Virus record (IMG/VR): IMGVR_UViG_3300025138_000016
Strand: one strand, 5' to 3'
DNA: 64,000 nt
Source: a virus
The translations under genes were made by a program, and so were the position numbers. Under the pieces are notes generated by a model, which saw only the letters and a list, made by a program, of their open reading frames with translations, did not search any database and was not told the origin of the DNA. Below, piece after piece: positions 47,030-56,787 of this stretch (position 1 is the stretch's first letter; each line of letters starts with the position of its first letter).

Positions 47030-48516
47030 TATGTTTTACTCCCAGATGTATCAGCTGTTGCACCATTTGCTGTATGATGGTGACCATCAAGATCAATTCC
47101 ATTAGCAAGGACTTGAACGCTCGCATCAACCGTTCCTGTGACATTTACATTGTTATTGATATTAGTTACAGATGCAGTTATACCTTGAGTACTTGTTATT
47201 GCCATTGTTTGTGTATTACCTACAGTCATTGATTGATCATCCCCTGCATCAACCTTCTGACTCTTGACTGCTATTAATTGCATATTAGCGCTTGCTTTCA
47301 TATTAACGTTATTAGCTGAACCAACATTAAGGTTATCAGCAAAACCTATATCACCTGTCTTAGCACCTATTAATGTCTCTTTACCAGCAATAATAGTATT
47401 TCTATTCTGATTACCTTGTATAGTAATAGGACCATTAATTGTCTCATTGTGCGCAGCACCTACAGATACAGTTTTGGAGGCAAGAATCGTTCTTATCTCG
47501 TGTCCTGATCCATCTTCATTTTCATTACCAACTCTAAATGCAGTATTACCATTTACTTGAGTGACTTGATCAGTTAATATTTCTGTTAAATGATTACCTT
47601 GAATCTTTTCTATCTTATCTTTTCGTACTGTTAAGAAGTAATTACCATCAATCTCTTCATACTTATCACCTTTTATAAAGAATTTAGCATCACCTTTAAC
47701 GGTTATATTAAGGTTACCGCCTATCTGAATATTCTTATCTTTTATAACTATTTCGTAGTCAGACCCTACTATTTTAGTGGATCTAGTACCGTCTGCCTGT
47801 GTCTCTTGAAAGCTTCCTGATGAATGGTATGAATGTATCCTTTGTGCTTTTGGTGAGTCGTCAAACTCTTCTACGTGTCCTGATTCAGTTTCTCGTACAT
47901 GGTTAAGAGGGTATCTAGATGGGTATGTATTAGCATCGGTACTCTTTTCATAACCTCTTGGATGTGGTTCATCCCATGTTATATTCTCATAGTCTGCAGT
48001 ACCTTTATCATCTTGTAGTGATATCTTAGGTGCTTTTGCTGTAGCTACTTTCTCTACTCTTGATGCTCTTTTTGCTTTAAGTGTAGGATGATCTTCTGCT
48101 TTTTCTGATCTAGCTAAACGTGTTATATCTGGTTCATTTAAATAATCTTTCTTTGGATATGTTAATGTAGGATCATTGAACCCTTTATCCATTGGTTCCT
48201 GAGTTGGAAAGCCAGCAATAGTACCAAGTATCAACGGCTTTTGATACTGTCCTTGATCCATAAAGAATCCAATAACCCAGGCTCCTTCAACTATACCAGT
48301 TACTGGTCCACCAATACCTGTTGTTGTAGCACTATTTGGTGAATTAATAACAGTAGCCCAAGGTAGGTCGGCTGTAGCAACTTCACCTTTATTATCTGTA
48401 TGAACACCATGAAATCTAACTTTAATACGTCCTGTTTTCATTGGATCGTTTCTATCTTCAACAACACCAAAATGCCATTGAAATTTATTATAATCTAATG
48501 CACTATTTTCCGGCAT
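47029..48516 (-). CDS. gp5: Baseplate hub / central spike protein (no lysozyme domain)
   Basis: OB-fold GVVEDRNDP..GRIKVR..LPWA, YPLNHVRETESGHVEEFDD, beta-helix repeats and C-terminal LDGHHH. Confidence 0.88.
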   Translation of the reverse strand: MPENSALDYNKFQWHFGVVEDRNDPMKTGRIKVRFHGVHTDNKGEVATADLPWATVINSPNSATTTGIGGPVTGIVEGAWVIGFFMDQGQYQKPLILGTIAGFPTQEPMDKGFNDPTLTYPKKDYLNEPDITRLARSEKAEDHPTLKAKRASRVEKVATAKAPKISLQDDKGTADYENITWDEPHPRGYEKSTDANTYPSRYPLNHVRETESGHVEEFDDSPKAQRIHSYHSSGSFQETQADGTRSTKIVGSDYEIVIKDKNIQIGGNLNITVKGDAKFFIKGDKYEEIDGNYFLTVRKDKIEKIQGNHLTEILTDQVTQVNGNTAFRVGNENEDGSGHEIRTILASKTVSVGAAHNETINGPITIQGNQNRNTIIAGKETLIGAKTGDIGFADNLNVGSANNVNMKASANMQLIAVKSQKVDAGDDQSMTVGNTQTMAITSTQGITASVTNINNNVNVTGTVDASVQVLANGIDLDGHHHTANGATADTSGSKT

Positions 48517-49807
48517 AATTACTCCTCACTAACGTAGCAATACTTGTATATATTCCACTTACAAATATATGCTGAACGTCTTTTATTATATAAACACCTG
48601 ATAGATTCTCATTTAAATCATATGCAGCACCTGGCTCTCTATCTGTTATTACCCTAGATGGAACAGTTATATTAATTACTTGACCAGCAGTTAGTTCGCT
48701 ATTACCTGCTACTGTAATCTGTACCATGTTAGAGTAAAAGAGTGCACTGCTTAATTTCTTCTGATTAATAGATTCAGCTAAATTAGGTCTATTAGTTTTA
48801 AATCCATCTGTGTATATGTATTCAGTTGATGTAGGCTCTTTATTAAATGTATCTAAATACTTAGCAGGCATTATTTGCTTTTTATCAAACCCAATATAAT
48901 CAGTTGTATTAATTTTCTTCTCATGTACGGTGATATCTTTAAACATATAATCGATTTCATTCACACAACTATGAAATGCACCTATGTTAGCATCACTATA
49001 AAGATTATTTTTAGTAAATTGTATTAAATTTTCAATCTGATATGACATTTCAATATTATCTGATGTATTAACTCTTTGTTGTGCGGGCGCGTAAGTGTAT
49101 GATAACATTTTTCTATTCACTTTACTCTTAAGAAAGCTTTTGCCGTCTGTTACAAGTGATTCTATATTACGGAAGTTATATCCATCTTTGTTTTGAAAAA
49201 ATAAAAATTGACTTGAAGGATGTTTACTTGAATAGGTATACCCTCTCAAATATTCAATTGCTTTAAAAGGACACTCATTTGGTATAATGAGATCAACAAC
49301 ACCTTCTGTATCATCTGTTTTTAATTTATAGCTTTCAGGCTCAGATAATTCTACAATTGCGTTATCTAAAGCATGATTAAATATTTTATCTGCTATGCTA
49401 GTTATTGTGTCAGAATATGCTGTGCCAATATTATTATATTCCTGGTCATAGCACAATTCATCAATACCAGCTATTGTATATTCGTATCGCTCTGTCTGTG
49501 GGTCAAAAAATAAACCACCGATATTTGTTATTCTAAATACATGCCTACGCGGTGTTAATTCTTTTACATATGCTGGAGATCTCCACTCACAAAACAATAC
49601 TTCTGTTCCGTCTAATAAACTATATGCATCTGATATACTCTCATGTATGTCAGCTTTAAACTGCATACTATTTTGATTAATAGATTCAGTCACTGTAAAA
49701 GATGATAATGGACCGCCCATTAAATCAATAGCATTCTTTGTTTCTTGGTTAACAAGAATACATGCAGTTAGATTATAATGACCCGGTTTGGGTAAAGGAC
49801 TATTCAT
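48503..49807 (-). CDS. Baseplate hub protein (gp27-like)
   Basis: IIPNECPF.AI..FLFFQN..GYNF..IE.L and GNSELTAG..LSG.YII...H motifs; position between gp53 and gp5. Confidence 0.65.
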   Translation of the reverse strand: MNSPLPKPGHYNLTACILVNQETKNAIDLMGGPLSSFTVTESINQNSMQFKADIHESISDAYSLLDGTEVLFCEWRSPAYVKELTPRRHVFRITNIGGLFFDPQTERYEYTIAGIDELCYDQEYNNIGTAYSDTITSIADKIFNHALDNAIVELSEPESYKLKTDDTEGVVDLIIPNECPFKAIEYLRGYTYSSKHPSSQFLFFQNKDGYNFRNIESLVTDGKSFLKSKVNRKMLSYTYAPAQQRVNTSDNIEMSYQIENLIQFTKNNLYSDANIGAFHSCVNEIDYMFKDITVHEKKINTTDYIGFDKKQIMPAKYLDTFNKEPTSTEYIYTDGFKTNRPNLAESINQKKLSSALFYSNMVQITVAGNSELTAGQVINITVPSRVITDREPGAAYDLNENLSGVYIIKDVQHIFVSGIYTSIATLVRSNYAGK

Positions 49808-50309
49808 TTAAAGAAGCCAATAAGTTCTTTTCAGCTAAACTAGCATATGTCTTATCAAGCAACTTTATTACCTTCTTCTTTTCATTATCTTCGTCTTCAC
49901 GTGCGTATGAATAAATTGGTATCCAGCTTGATTTATCTGGATTAGAACTATAAGTATAAGTGTCAGTAGAATAAAAAGTGCCTTCAGCATCTTTGTATCC
50001 TTCTAGGTTAGATTGAGCAGCTTCAATAGAGCCATATTTTTTCTTTAGAAATTTCTCGAATGAATACGTATCCATATACCAATCATATACTGGATCAGTT
50101 ATATCATTAGATAGGTACACAAGCCATGTTCTATCAACATTATTATAATAATCATGGGCTATTGTCCAAGGCTTATCAAATTCTTCTATAGTATAAGGTA
50201 AAAACACCATTTGATCACTGTTTATATCAGCCATTTTTACACGAGTTAATATATTTGTAACTGTAAACTCATTATAGACTATCTTAGGTAAACTTTCAAA
50301 ATATTTCAT
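49800..50309 (-). CDS. gp53: Baseplate wedge component
   Basis: MKYFESLP..Y, PWTIAHDYY..W.V.L.N.I.DP..DW and E...NEKKK.IKLL motifs. Confidence 0.85.
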   Translation of the reverse strand: MKYFESLPKIVYNEFTVTNILTRVKMADINSDQMVFLPYTIEEFDKPWTIAHDYYNNVDRTWLVYLSNDITDPVYDWYMDTYSFEKFLKKKYGSIEAAQSNLEGYKDAEGTFYSTDTYTYSSNPDKSSWIPIYSYAREDEDNEKKKVIKLLDKTYASLAEKNLLASLNE

Positions 50310-51292
50310 TATCCTTCTGTTCCCTCATCACTTTCAAGTGCTTTAAAGTCTTCTTTAGTAATAACATCCAATTCAGTCATTGTCATTTTTATTTTATATG
50401 ATACTGGATTACCTGTATTTTGGAAGAAAGCAAGACCGCCTTCGTTATGATCTACTGTAAATGAACTAACTAAAGCAGGTTTATAAAATATATTTTGATC
50501 GTTATCAGGCATTAATAATGCACATGTAACTATTTCAGGATATTCCATTGCTATATTACCATCATCATAGACTAATGCAGTTAAAGATGGATGAATAGCA
50601 GTTCTTATTTTTCTTATGATATTATTAAGAGATTTAGACTCTTGTGCATTTCTTGGTACAACTCTCCATTCAAATACATGCGTACGTAAATTAGGTCCTT
50701 TAAAAGCAGCTGCTAGCACTGGATTAAATATATTTCCAAGACCCGCTTCAATCGCGCTTATCATATTCTTTGGAGCTATCGTAGCAAATGCTTTACCTGC
50801 TGCTAAACCAGCTGCACCCATTTTTGGTACAAGTTTAGCCAAGCCTTGAATACCAGGTCTTACTCCTTGCCCGGCATCACCTTCATCAGAATTTCTTGCA
50901 CCCTCTTCAGCTGTTCCTATAAGTCCTTGAAAATATGTATCCAATATACCTTTACCATCTCCGTCTCTGACATCACCTTCTAATGCAGTTTGCAAAGCTC
51001 TAACACCGCCCTGCTGAATAGCACCAATTTCTAAGTCAGCTGAAATATTAAGTGAATAGTCTTGTAGTAAACTACTAGGTAATGGAAGAGCAATAGATTT
51101 ATTTGTTTCTACTTTCTCAAAGTTACCATCACGTCCTGATACAAATTTATATTTAGAAAATTGCATTAAAAACTTGTATTGTCCTAGATCAGAAGGAAAT
51201 TGCGCCTGGTATAATGCCTGTCCAGTTTTGGAATCAGCTATCACCTCTTTTACAGTAGCAAATGCATGTCTTGTTGATTTAAAGTTTGGCAT
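50309..51292 (-). CDS. gp48: Baseplate tail tube cap
   Basis: IALPLP, NP.....FKGP.LRTH.F.W..VPRN.QES and YPE...TEL motifs. Confidence 0.8.
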   Translation of the reverse strand: MPNFKSTRHAFATVKEVIADSKTGQALYQAQFPSDLGQYKFLMQFSKYKFVSGRDGNFEKVETNKSIALPLPSSLLQDYSLNISADLEIGAIQQGGVRALQTALEGDVRDGDGKGILDTYFQGLIGTAEEGARNSDEGDAGQGVRPGIQGLAKLVPKMGAAGLAAGKAFATIAPKNMISAIEAGLGNIFNPVLAAAFKGPNLRTHVFEWRVVPRNAQESKSLNNIIRKIRTAIHPSLTALVYDDGNIAMEYPEIVTCALLMPDNDQNIFYKPALVSSFTVDHNEGGLAFFQNTGNPVSYKIKMTMTELDVITKEDFKALESDEGTEG

Positions 51293-51354
51293 AAATATCT
51301 CTATATGGCTTACAAAGGTTCTTTCAAACCTATTAATTCGTTTAAGTATTTAGG
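51290..51354. promoter_or_regulatory. Divergent late-promoter-like sites for gp4 (+, CATAAATA 51290-51297) and gp48 (-, CCTAAATA 51347-51354)
   Basis: Variant TATAAATA octamers at the strand switch, each lying at the start of, or inside, the opposite gene. Confidence 0.5.
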
Positions 51355-51742
51355 TAACCCTACAAATATTATTTATCGAAGTAGATGGGAATTACGGTTA
51401 ATGAGTTATCTGGATACTCACCCAGCGGTAATCGCGTGGTCGAGTGAAGAGCATGTTATACCCTACAGAAGTCCTATTGATAGAAGAGTACATAAGTATT
51501 ACCCAGACTTCTATGTTAAGAGAAATGTGAACGGTAAAATAAAAGAGAGTCTTATTGAAGTAAAACCTAAGATACAAACTATACCACCCAAGGTTAAGAA
51601 AGGTAATATAACTCGCAAGTATTTACATGAAGTAAAGACGTGGGGTATCAATGAAGCAAAATGGACAGCAGCAGCAGAATACTGCAAAGATCGGCATTGG
51701 GATTTTAAAATCATGACCGAATACGAATTAGGATTAAAATGA
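51305..51742 (+). CDS. gp4: Head completion nuclease-like protein
   Basis: KYLGNPTNIIYRSRWE, WSSEE..IPY..YYPDF, IEVKP and NEAKW.AA motifs. Confidence 0.92.
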   Translation: MAYKGSFKPINSFKYLGNPTNIIYRSRWELRLMSYLDTHPAVIAWSSEEHVIPYRSPIDRRVHKYYPDFYVKRNVNGKIKESLIEVKPKIQTIPPKVKKGNITRKYLHEVKTWGINEAKWTAAAEYCKDRHWDFKIMTEYELGLK

Positions 51743-52347
51743 AAAAGCGATTTATATTTTCTAGAATACTTGGTGATATGCTTGAACAGGATATAAAGCC
51801 TGGCTCACCTGCAGCGACAGAGTTTTTTGAAGCAAGAGCTAAGACGATGAAAAAAACAAATCCAGCTGAGTTAATTGAGAGAGTTAAAAAAAGAAAGCCA
51901 ACTAAACCTGGTGGTATTGGTGATATGTTTATATTTCAATACGATCCAAAGTATAAAGATCAGCCTAAAATACTACCATATTACGATAGATTCCCCGTTA
52001 TTATCATGTTTGATACGGGATTATCAGGGTTTATGGGGCTTAACTTCCATTATCTACCATACGCAGATAGGGCGTTATTTTTAGAGAGATTACGTATATT
52101 TAGTGATGGAACTGACTATGATGATCAATATCAACTAACAGACATTGATTGGTCCAATATAAAGCATGCTACAGGTAATGTAAAATATTGGCGACCATGT
52201 ATTAAACGTTACCTAAATAATAATGTAAAGGGAAGACTAATTAAAGTACATCCAGCCGAATGGGATCTTGTTCTATTGTTACCAATAGAAAGATTTGTTG
52301 GAGCAAGACGCCCAAGAGTATTCAAAGAATCTCAGGAAAAATACTAA
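51739..52347 (+). CDS. gp2: DNA end protector protein
   Basis: F.YDPK.K..LPYYDRFP, GLNFHYLP, KRYL and W...LP.ERF motifs. Confidence 0.9.
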   Translation: MKKRFIFSRILGDMLEQDIKPGSPAATEFFEARAKTMKKTNPAELIERVKKRKPTKPGGIGDMFIFQYDPKYKDQPKILPYYDRFPVIIMFDTGLSGFMGLNFHYLPYADRALFLERLRIFSDGTDYDDQYQLTDIDWSNIKHATGNVKYWRPCIKRYLNNNVKGRLIKVHPAEWDLVLLLPIERFVGARRPRVFKESQEKY

Positions 52348-52349
52348 TC

Positions 52350-53105
52350 ATGGCATTTGACATCAATGAAATAAAAGCACAGGCAATTGGTACTGACTCA
52401 CCAGTTGGTGGTTATGTACGTCCTAATTTATGTCTTGTTACAATAACTCCTCCAGCTGGAGCGGGTGAAAAAGTAAAGAATGCAATACCTGCATTAACAT
52501 TCTTAGCATCTAATTTTGTTATACCAGGAATGAGTTTTAATACTGTAGATATCAAGAGACAAGGAATGGGTCTTCTTGAAAGAAGAACAACTGGTATTAA
52601 TATAAGAACTTTACCAATAACATTTTTCCTTGATCAAAAAGGGTCAGTATTAAAATATCTTACTGGATTATCAGAATTACAAACAGAATATAATCCATCT
52701 ACTTTAACAATACCAGGAGGTGCAGGAAATGCATTTTATGGTGAAGTAGGTTATTTTGATTCTTATGCTTGCCAGATTCAAATACAAACATTTGCTCCTG
52801 AAGGTGATAAGATTATTGATTATATGGTTATTGATGCTACATTAGCTTCATATGATGATGTAGCTTTAGGATGGGCTCAGAATAATGAAATAGCAACAGT
52901 AGTTGCACAGTTTAATTTTAGATCATTCACATCTAACTTTAGTGAGCCAACAAAAGACAGTCAAATTAGTAATAGGTTAAATTTATTTCAATTTATTGCT
53001 AAGTATAAGGGAGCTATTGAAGTAATTAAGTCCCTTAAAAAACCAAGTGGAGTCGGTGACGCGCTCAACTTATTAAATAATGCAAAAACATTAGGAATGT
53101 TTTGA
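52350..53105 (+). CDS. gp54: Baseplate tail-tube initiator (tube paralog)
   Basis: Start reassigned to ATG 52350 (MAFDINEIK, resembling gp19 MAFNINEIR); tube-like LGW...V..F.F pattern. Confidence 0.7.
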   Translation: MAFDINEIKAQAIGTDSPVGGYVRPNLCLVTITPPAGAGEKVKNAIPALTFLASNFVIPGMSFNTVDIKRQGMGLLERRTTGINIRTLPITFFLDQKGSVLKYLTGLSELQTEYNPSTLTIPGGAGNAFYGEVGYFDSYACQIQIQTFAPEGDKIIDYMVIDATLASYDDVALGWAQNNEIATVVAQFNFRSFTSNFSEPTKDSQISNRLNLFQFIAKYKGAIEVIKSLKKPSGVGDALNLLNNAKTLGMF

Positions 53106-53119
53106 AGAAGGAGTAAATA

Positions 53120-53866
53120 ATGCCATTACCTAAAATTGACGCGCCAGTCTTTGATCTGACGCTCCCTGTATCTGGTACTAAAATAAAATATAGACCATTT
53201 ACAGTTCGCGAAGAGAAAATTCTTCTTATCGCACAACAGCAGAAGGATGTAGCCGCTATATCCCAAAGTATCAAGCAAGTAGTACAAAATTGCATATTAA
53301 ACGATGTAACTATACAACATATACCTACTTTTGAAGTAGAATATCTGTTTATACGATTAAGATCAACATCTATTAATAATGTAATAAAGCTAAACATTCA
53401 AGATCCTGATTTCGTACCAACTGAAGAGCAATCAGTCTTTTCAGCTGAAGTAGAGATTAATCTTGATGATGTAACAGTAGATCTTTCAAGAGAAGCTACT
53501 GATACAGTTAAATTAAATGATGAATATAATATTAAATTAAAATATCCAACGTATGATGACTTTGATAAAATTAATGATGAAGAATTGGAAAAAGAACTAG
53601 CAACAGATATAGCATTTGATATGATAGGAAATACTATTGACTCAGTCTACTCTAATGGAGGAGATGAAGTATTTGTCTTTAGTGATTATACTAAGACAGA
53701 AAAGAGAGAATTTCTTGAATCATTATCAAGTAAAAACTTTGCAGATATCCAAAAGTTTCTTTCAGCAGCACCGGCAGTAAGCTATACAATTAGCTATATT
53801 AACCATGCTGGTGAAGAGAAATCTCGTGAGCTCCGAGGTCTCATCGATTTTTTTACGTTTGTCTAG
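53120..53866 (+). CDS. gp26: Baseplate hub assembly protein
   Basis: MPLPKID.P.F.L.LP..IKYRPF.VREEKILL, EYLF..LRS.S and C-terminal LRGLIDFF. Confidence 0.9.
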   Translation: MPLPKIDAPVFDLTLPVSGTKIKYRPFTVREEKILLIAQQQKDVAAISQSIKQVVQNCILNDVTIQHIPTFEVEYLFIRLRSTSINNVIKLNIQDPDFVPTEEQSVFSAEVEINLDDVTVDLSREATDTVKLNDEYNIKLKYPTYDDFDKINDEELEKELATDIAFDMIGNTIDSVYSNGGDEVFVFSDYTKTEKREFLESLSSKNFADIQKFLSAAPAVSYTISYINHAGEEKSRELRGLIDFFTFV

Positions 53867-54036
53867 CCCATACGGATCTTGGTAATTATTACCAAACTAA
53901 TTTTAACCTGGTGCAGCATCATAAATACTCGATAACAGAAGTGGAAAATATGTATCCATTCGAAAGAGACATTTTTTTAGAGATGCTCGTCGACTGGATC
54001 AAAGCACAAGAAGAAATTCGAAATGGGAGAAATTAA
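53848..54036 (+). CDS. gp51: Baseplate hub assembly catalyst, in the -1 frame relative to gp26 (not in ORF track)
   Basis: Own translation FFYVCLAHTDLGNYYQTNFNLVQHHKYSITEVENMYPFERDIFLEMLVDWIKAQEEIRNGRN* carries the gp51 motif HHKYS..E.ENM.PFER.I; there is no start codon before the NYY..NF segment. Confidence 0.85.
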   Translation, partial: FFYVCLAHTDLGNYYQTNFNLVQHHKYSITEVENMYPFERDIFLEMLVDWIKAQEEIRNGRN

Positions 54037-54037
54037 G

Positions 54038-54415
54038 ATGGCTGAAGAAGGAAAAGATACTAGCAGAAACGAAGTTGAGTTAGACTTAGAAAAATATATG
54101 GCATTGATCGAAAAGCTCGATGACCAAGAAGATAAGATTAAAGAAATGAAAGAAGAGGCATTAGCTGCTCGTAAACAGCTCGCGCCACCTAAAAGAACAT
54201 TTGGTATGTTGTTTTTAGATGATAATGATGTGAATGAAAAAGCTATCATTGGATTCTGTTCTTTCTTTTTAATGGTTGTATTCGGAATGGCTGATTTAGT
54301 TACAGCATTCTGGGATATGGACTTAAAAATCTCTGATACAATTTATACATCATTCGTTGTTGTGACGCTTGGTGCATTTGGTATATCAGAAGCTGGAAAA
54401 GCATTCGGGAAATAA
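54038..54415 (+). CDS. Small membrane protein: N-terminal coiled coil and two TM helices
   Basis: Hydrophobic segments AIIGFCSFFLMVVFGMADLV and IYTSFVVVTLGAFGI; GGAG SD before ATG 54038. Confidence 0.7.
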   Translation: MAEEGKDTSRNEVELDLEKYMALIEKLDDQEDKIKEMKEEALAARKQLAPPKRTFGMLFLDDNDVNEKAIIGFCSFFLMVVFGMADLVTAFWDMDLKISDTIYTSFVVVTLGAFGISEAGKAFGK

Positions 54416-54419
54416 TTAA

Positions 54420-56681
54420 ATGGCAGACGATACAGGAAGCGGCATACAAAGAAATAAACCCTTACCGAAAGGTATGGGTGATGGAAAATCTAATGCACAG
54501 GTTTTCGGTATCCTCGGTCAACAAGTAAAGCGCATAGGTGATTTACAAAGAGCAATAGTAAGTGGTAACCAAGCACTTATTGAACAGCTTAAAACCCAAC
54601 ATTCAGAAATAAAAAATTGCGATAGTGATCAATTACAAGTCTTATTTGATATTGATACAGCTATTCGTAAAATTGGTCTTCAATTAGGTCCGATTGCAGC
54701 TGCTGCAATCGAAAAGGCAGAAGATATGAATCGAGGCTCATCAATAGTTGGACCAGGTCCAGGATCTATTGATATAGGAGCTAATAAACTTGGTAAAGAT
54801 GCTGATGGTGCAGGTAAAAAGGTAAATAGTTTAGCTTTAAGTGCAAATAATTTAAAGCAAAGACTTGTTGGTGGCGGTGGCGGTGCACTAGTCGGTTCAG
54901 CAGCTGGTGGATTAGCTGGCGGCGGTGTAATGGGAGCATTAACTACTGTTGGTATAGGTCTCGGTGTAGTTGGTATAGGTACTGGTCTCTTGACTGGTGC
55001 TTTATATCTAGGAGCTAAAGCAGTAGATAAATTTGGCGAAGGATTAATTAAAACAGCAGAAGGGTTAGATGATCTTAACGATCTTGACCTGATACCATCC
55101 AGATTTGATAGAATAGGTGAAGCTATTCAAAATTTAATACCTGATAGTGGTTTAAAAGGTGTTATATCAGCTAGAATATTATCAGGCGCAGCCTTCAGCG
55201 ATATGGCTAAAGGGCTTAATGATTTAAATAAAATTGATACTACTAATTTCGAAACTAATTTTGGTCGAATTGGTGGTGCTATTAATGAACTAACTAATAA
55301 CGTTGGATTTGGTGGCGCAATTCAGCTTAGAATACTTGACGGTACAGCGTTTAATGATTTAGCAGCTGGACTAGAAGCATTAGATGGTGCTGAGTTTGAT
55401 ACAGCTAGATTAGAAAAAGCAGGCGCAGGTATACGTGCATTAACAACAGGAGCTTCCAGTTTATTTGGTAATCTCGGTGCTACTATTATAACAAGATTAG
55501 GTAGAGCGTCATTAGGTAGTGTAGCAGACGGACTTACGGCTTTAAGTAATGTTAATACAGATGACGACTTTGATCAGAGGATGGCTAAAGTTGGTCAGGG
55601 TATAAATCTTCTTGTTACAGATTCAACATCATTTAAAGGTGTTATAACAACTGGTCAGCTTACTACAATTGGTGAATCCTTACCATTAATAGCAGATGGT
55701 ATTACAGATCTACAAGGACTTGGAGATGCAACTCAAGTAGCAGCTACTCTAACGCAGGTTGGTACAGGACTTAAGAGTTTCTTAGATAGTACTGGTAATA
55801 TAACAGATGTTATGATGACTAAGCTATTAAATGATGAGACATTTGCGCAAATAGCTAAAGGTATTAATCACTTAACGGCACTTAAGGTTGATGGTGATGG
55901 TGACTCTACAAAGGTAAGAGACTCATTAACTGCTCTTGGTACCGGGCTTGGTAACTTTCTTGATGGTACAGATAACTTATCAGGCACATTCGGTGCTAAA
56001 ATACTATCAGGTGATACACTAACAACACTAGCAACTGGTTTAAGTGAAATTAACAAATTAGATCTAGACATAAGTAAATTTGAAAACATAGGTACGGCTG
56101 TTGATACACTAATCTCAGGATTGAGCGGAGAGATGGCAGCTGATAAAGGTGATGGAGCTTTAGCATTCTTACAAGAACAACTTACTCGTGTTAGTGGTGT
56201 ATTCAGAAATACATCAACACGAATTGTTTCTGGTCCTATAGCCGATATCGCTGAAGCAATGAAGCAGCTTGATGCTGTTGATGCATTAGATCAAGAAATC
56301 TTAGCTAAGAATGCTGATACTATCATTAAAATTGTGCAAAACATACATGATGATATTATTACTGATGATTTTGACAATTTCGGCAACTTTATTGGTGAAT
56401 TAAAAGAATTAGAGAAAATTGATATAAGAAGACTTAATCAGCTCGGTGAAACGCTAACTAAGTTTAATTTTATTAATACACCACCAAAAGATATGAGTGC
56501 ACAACCTAATACACAAGGTAAAACTCTATCTAATGATGCAGTAGCTCAAATCGTGAGCGCAGTTCAAATGGATAACAGCAGTAGAACAGCTGTAGACAAT
56601 TCTGTCACTACATCCACAACTAAAAACATATCTAGAGTAACAGTTAATCCTGTACCACATCGAATTATACTTTCTAAGTAA
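54420..56681 (+). CDS. Tape-measure-like protein (gp29 position, 753 aa)
   Basis: Long helical A/G/L-rich protein with degenerate repeats and a hydrophobic glycine-rich segment, downstream of gp26/gp51. Confidence 0.65.
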   Translation: MADDTGSGIQRNKPLPKGMGDGKSNAQVFGILGQQVKRIGDLQRAIVSGNQALIEQLKTQHSEIKNCDSDQLQVLFDIDTAIRKIGLQLGPIAAAAIEKAEDMNRGSSIVGPGPGSIDIGANKLGKDADGAGKKVNSLALSANNLKQRLVGGGGGALVGSAAGGLAGGGVMGALTTVGIGLGVVGIGTGLLTGALYLGAKAVDKFGEGLIKTAEGLDDLNDLDLIPSRFDRIGEAIQNLIPDSGLKGVISARILSGAAFSDMAKGLNDLNKIDTTNFETNFGRIGGAINELTNNVGFGGAIQLRILDGTAFNDLAAGLEALDGAEFDTARLEKAGAGIRALTTGASSLFGNLGATIITRLGRASLGSVADGLTALSNVNTDDDFDQRMAKVGQGINLLVTDSTSFKGVITTGQLTTIGESLPLIADGITDLQGLGDATQVAATLTQVGTGLKSFLDSTGNITDVMMTKLLNDETFAQIAKGINHLTALKVDGDGDSTKVRDSLTALGTGLGNFLDGTDNLSGTFGAKILSGDTLTTLATGLSEINKLDLDISKFENIGTAVDTLISGLSGEMAADKGDGALAFLQEQLTRVSGVFRNTSTRIVSGPIADIAEAMKQLDAVDALDQEILAKNADTIIKIVQNIHDDIITDDFDNFGNFIGELKELEKIDIRRLNQLGETLTKFNFINTPPKDMSAQPNTQGKTLSNDAVAQIVSAVQMDNSSRTAVDNSVTTSTTKNISRVTVNPVPHRIILSK

Positions 56682-56682
56682 A

Positions 56683-56758
56683 TGGTGCTGGTAGTCGGGT
56701 TCGAACTGACGACCTACTGATTACAAATCAGTTGCTCTACCTACTGAGCTATACCAGC
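56683..56758 (-). tRNA. trnT: tRNA-Thr (anticodon UGU), CCA encoded
   Basis: GCTGGTATAGCTCAGTAGGTAGAGCAACTGATT-TGT-AATCAGTAGGTCGTCAGTTCGAACCCGACTACCAGCACCA folds as a cloverleaf, with one A-C mismatch in the T stem. Confidence 0.93.
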
Positions 56759-56764
56759 TAAGTT

Positions 56765-56787
56765 AGGGGAGCACGATCGGCTCCCCT
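56765..56787. other. GC-rich stem-loop between gp32 and tRNA
   Basis: AGGGGAGC-ACGATCG-GCTCCCCT, a perfect 8-bp stem with no clear U-tract; a possible terminator or RNA-processing/stability element. Confidence 0.55.
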
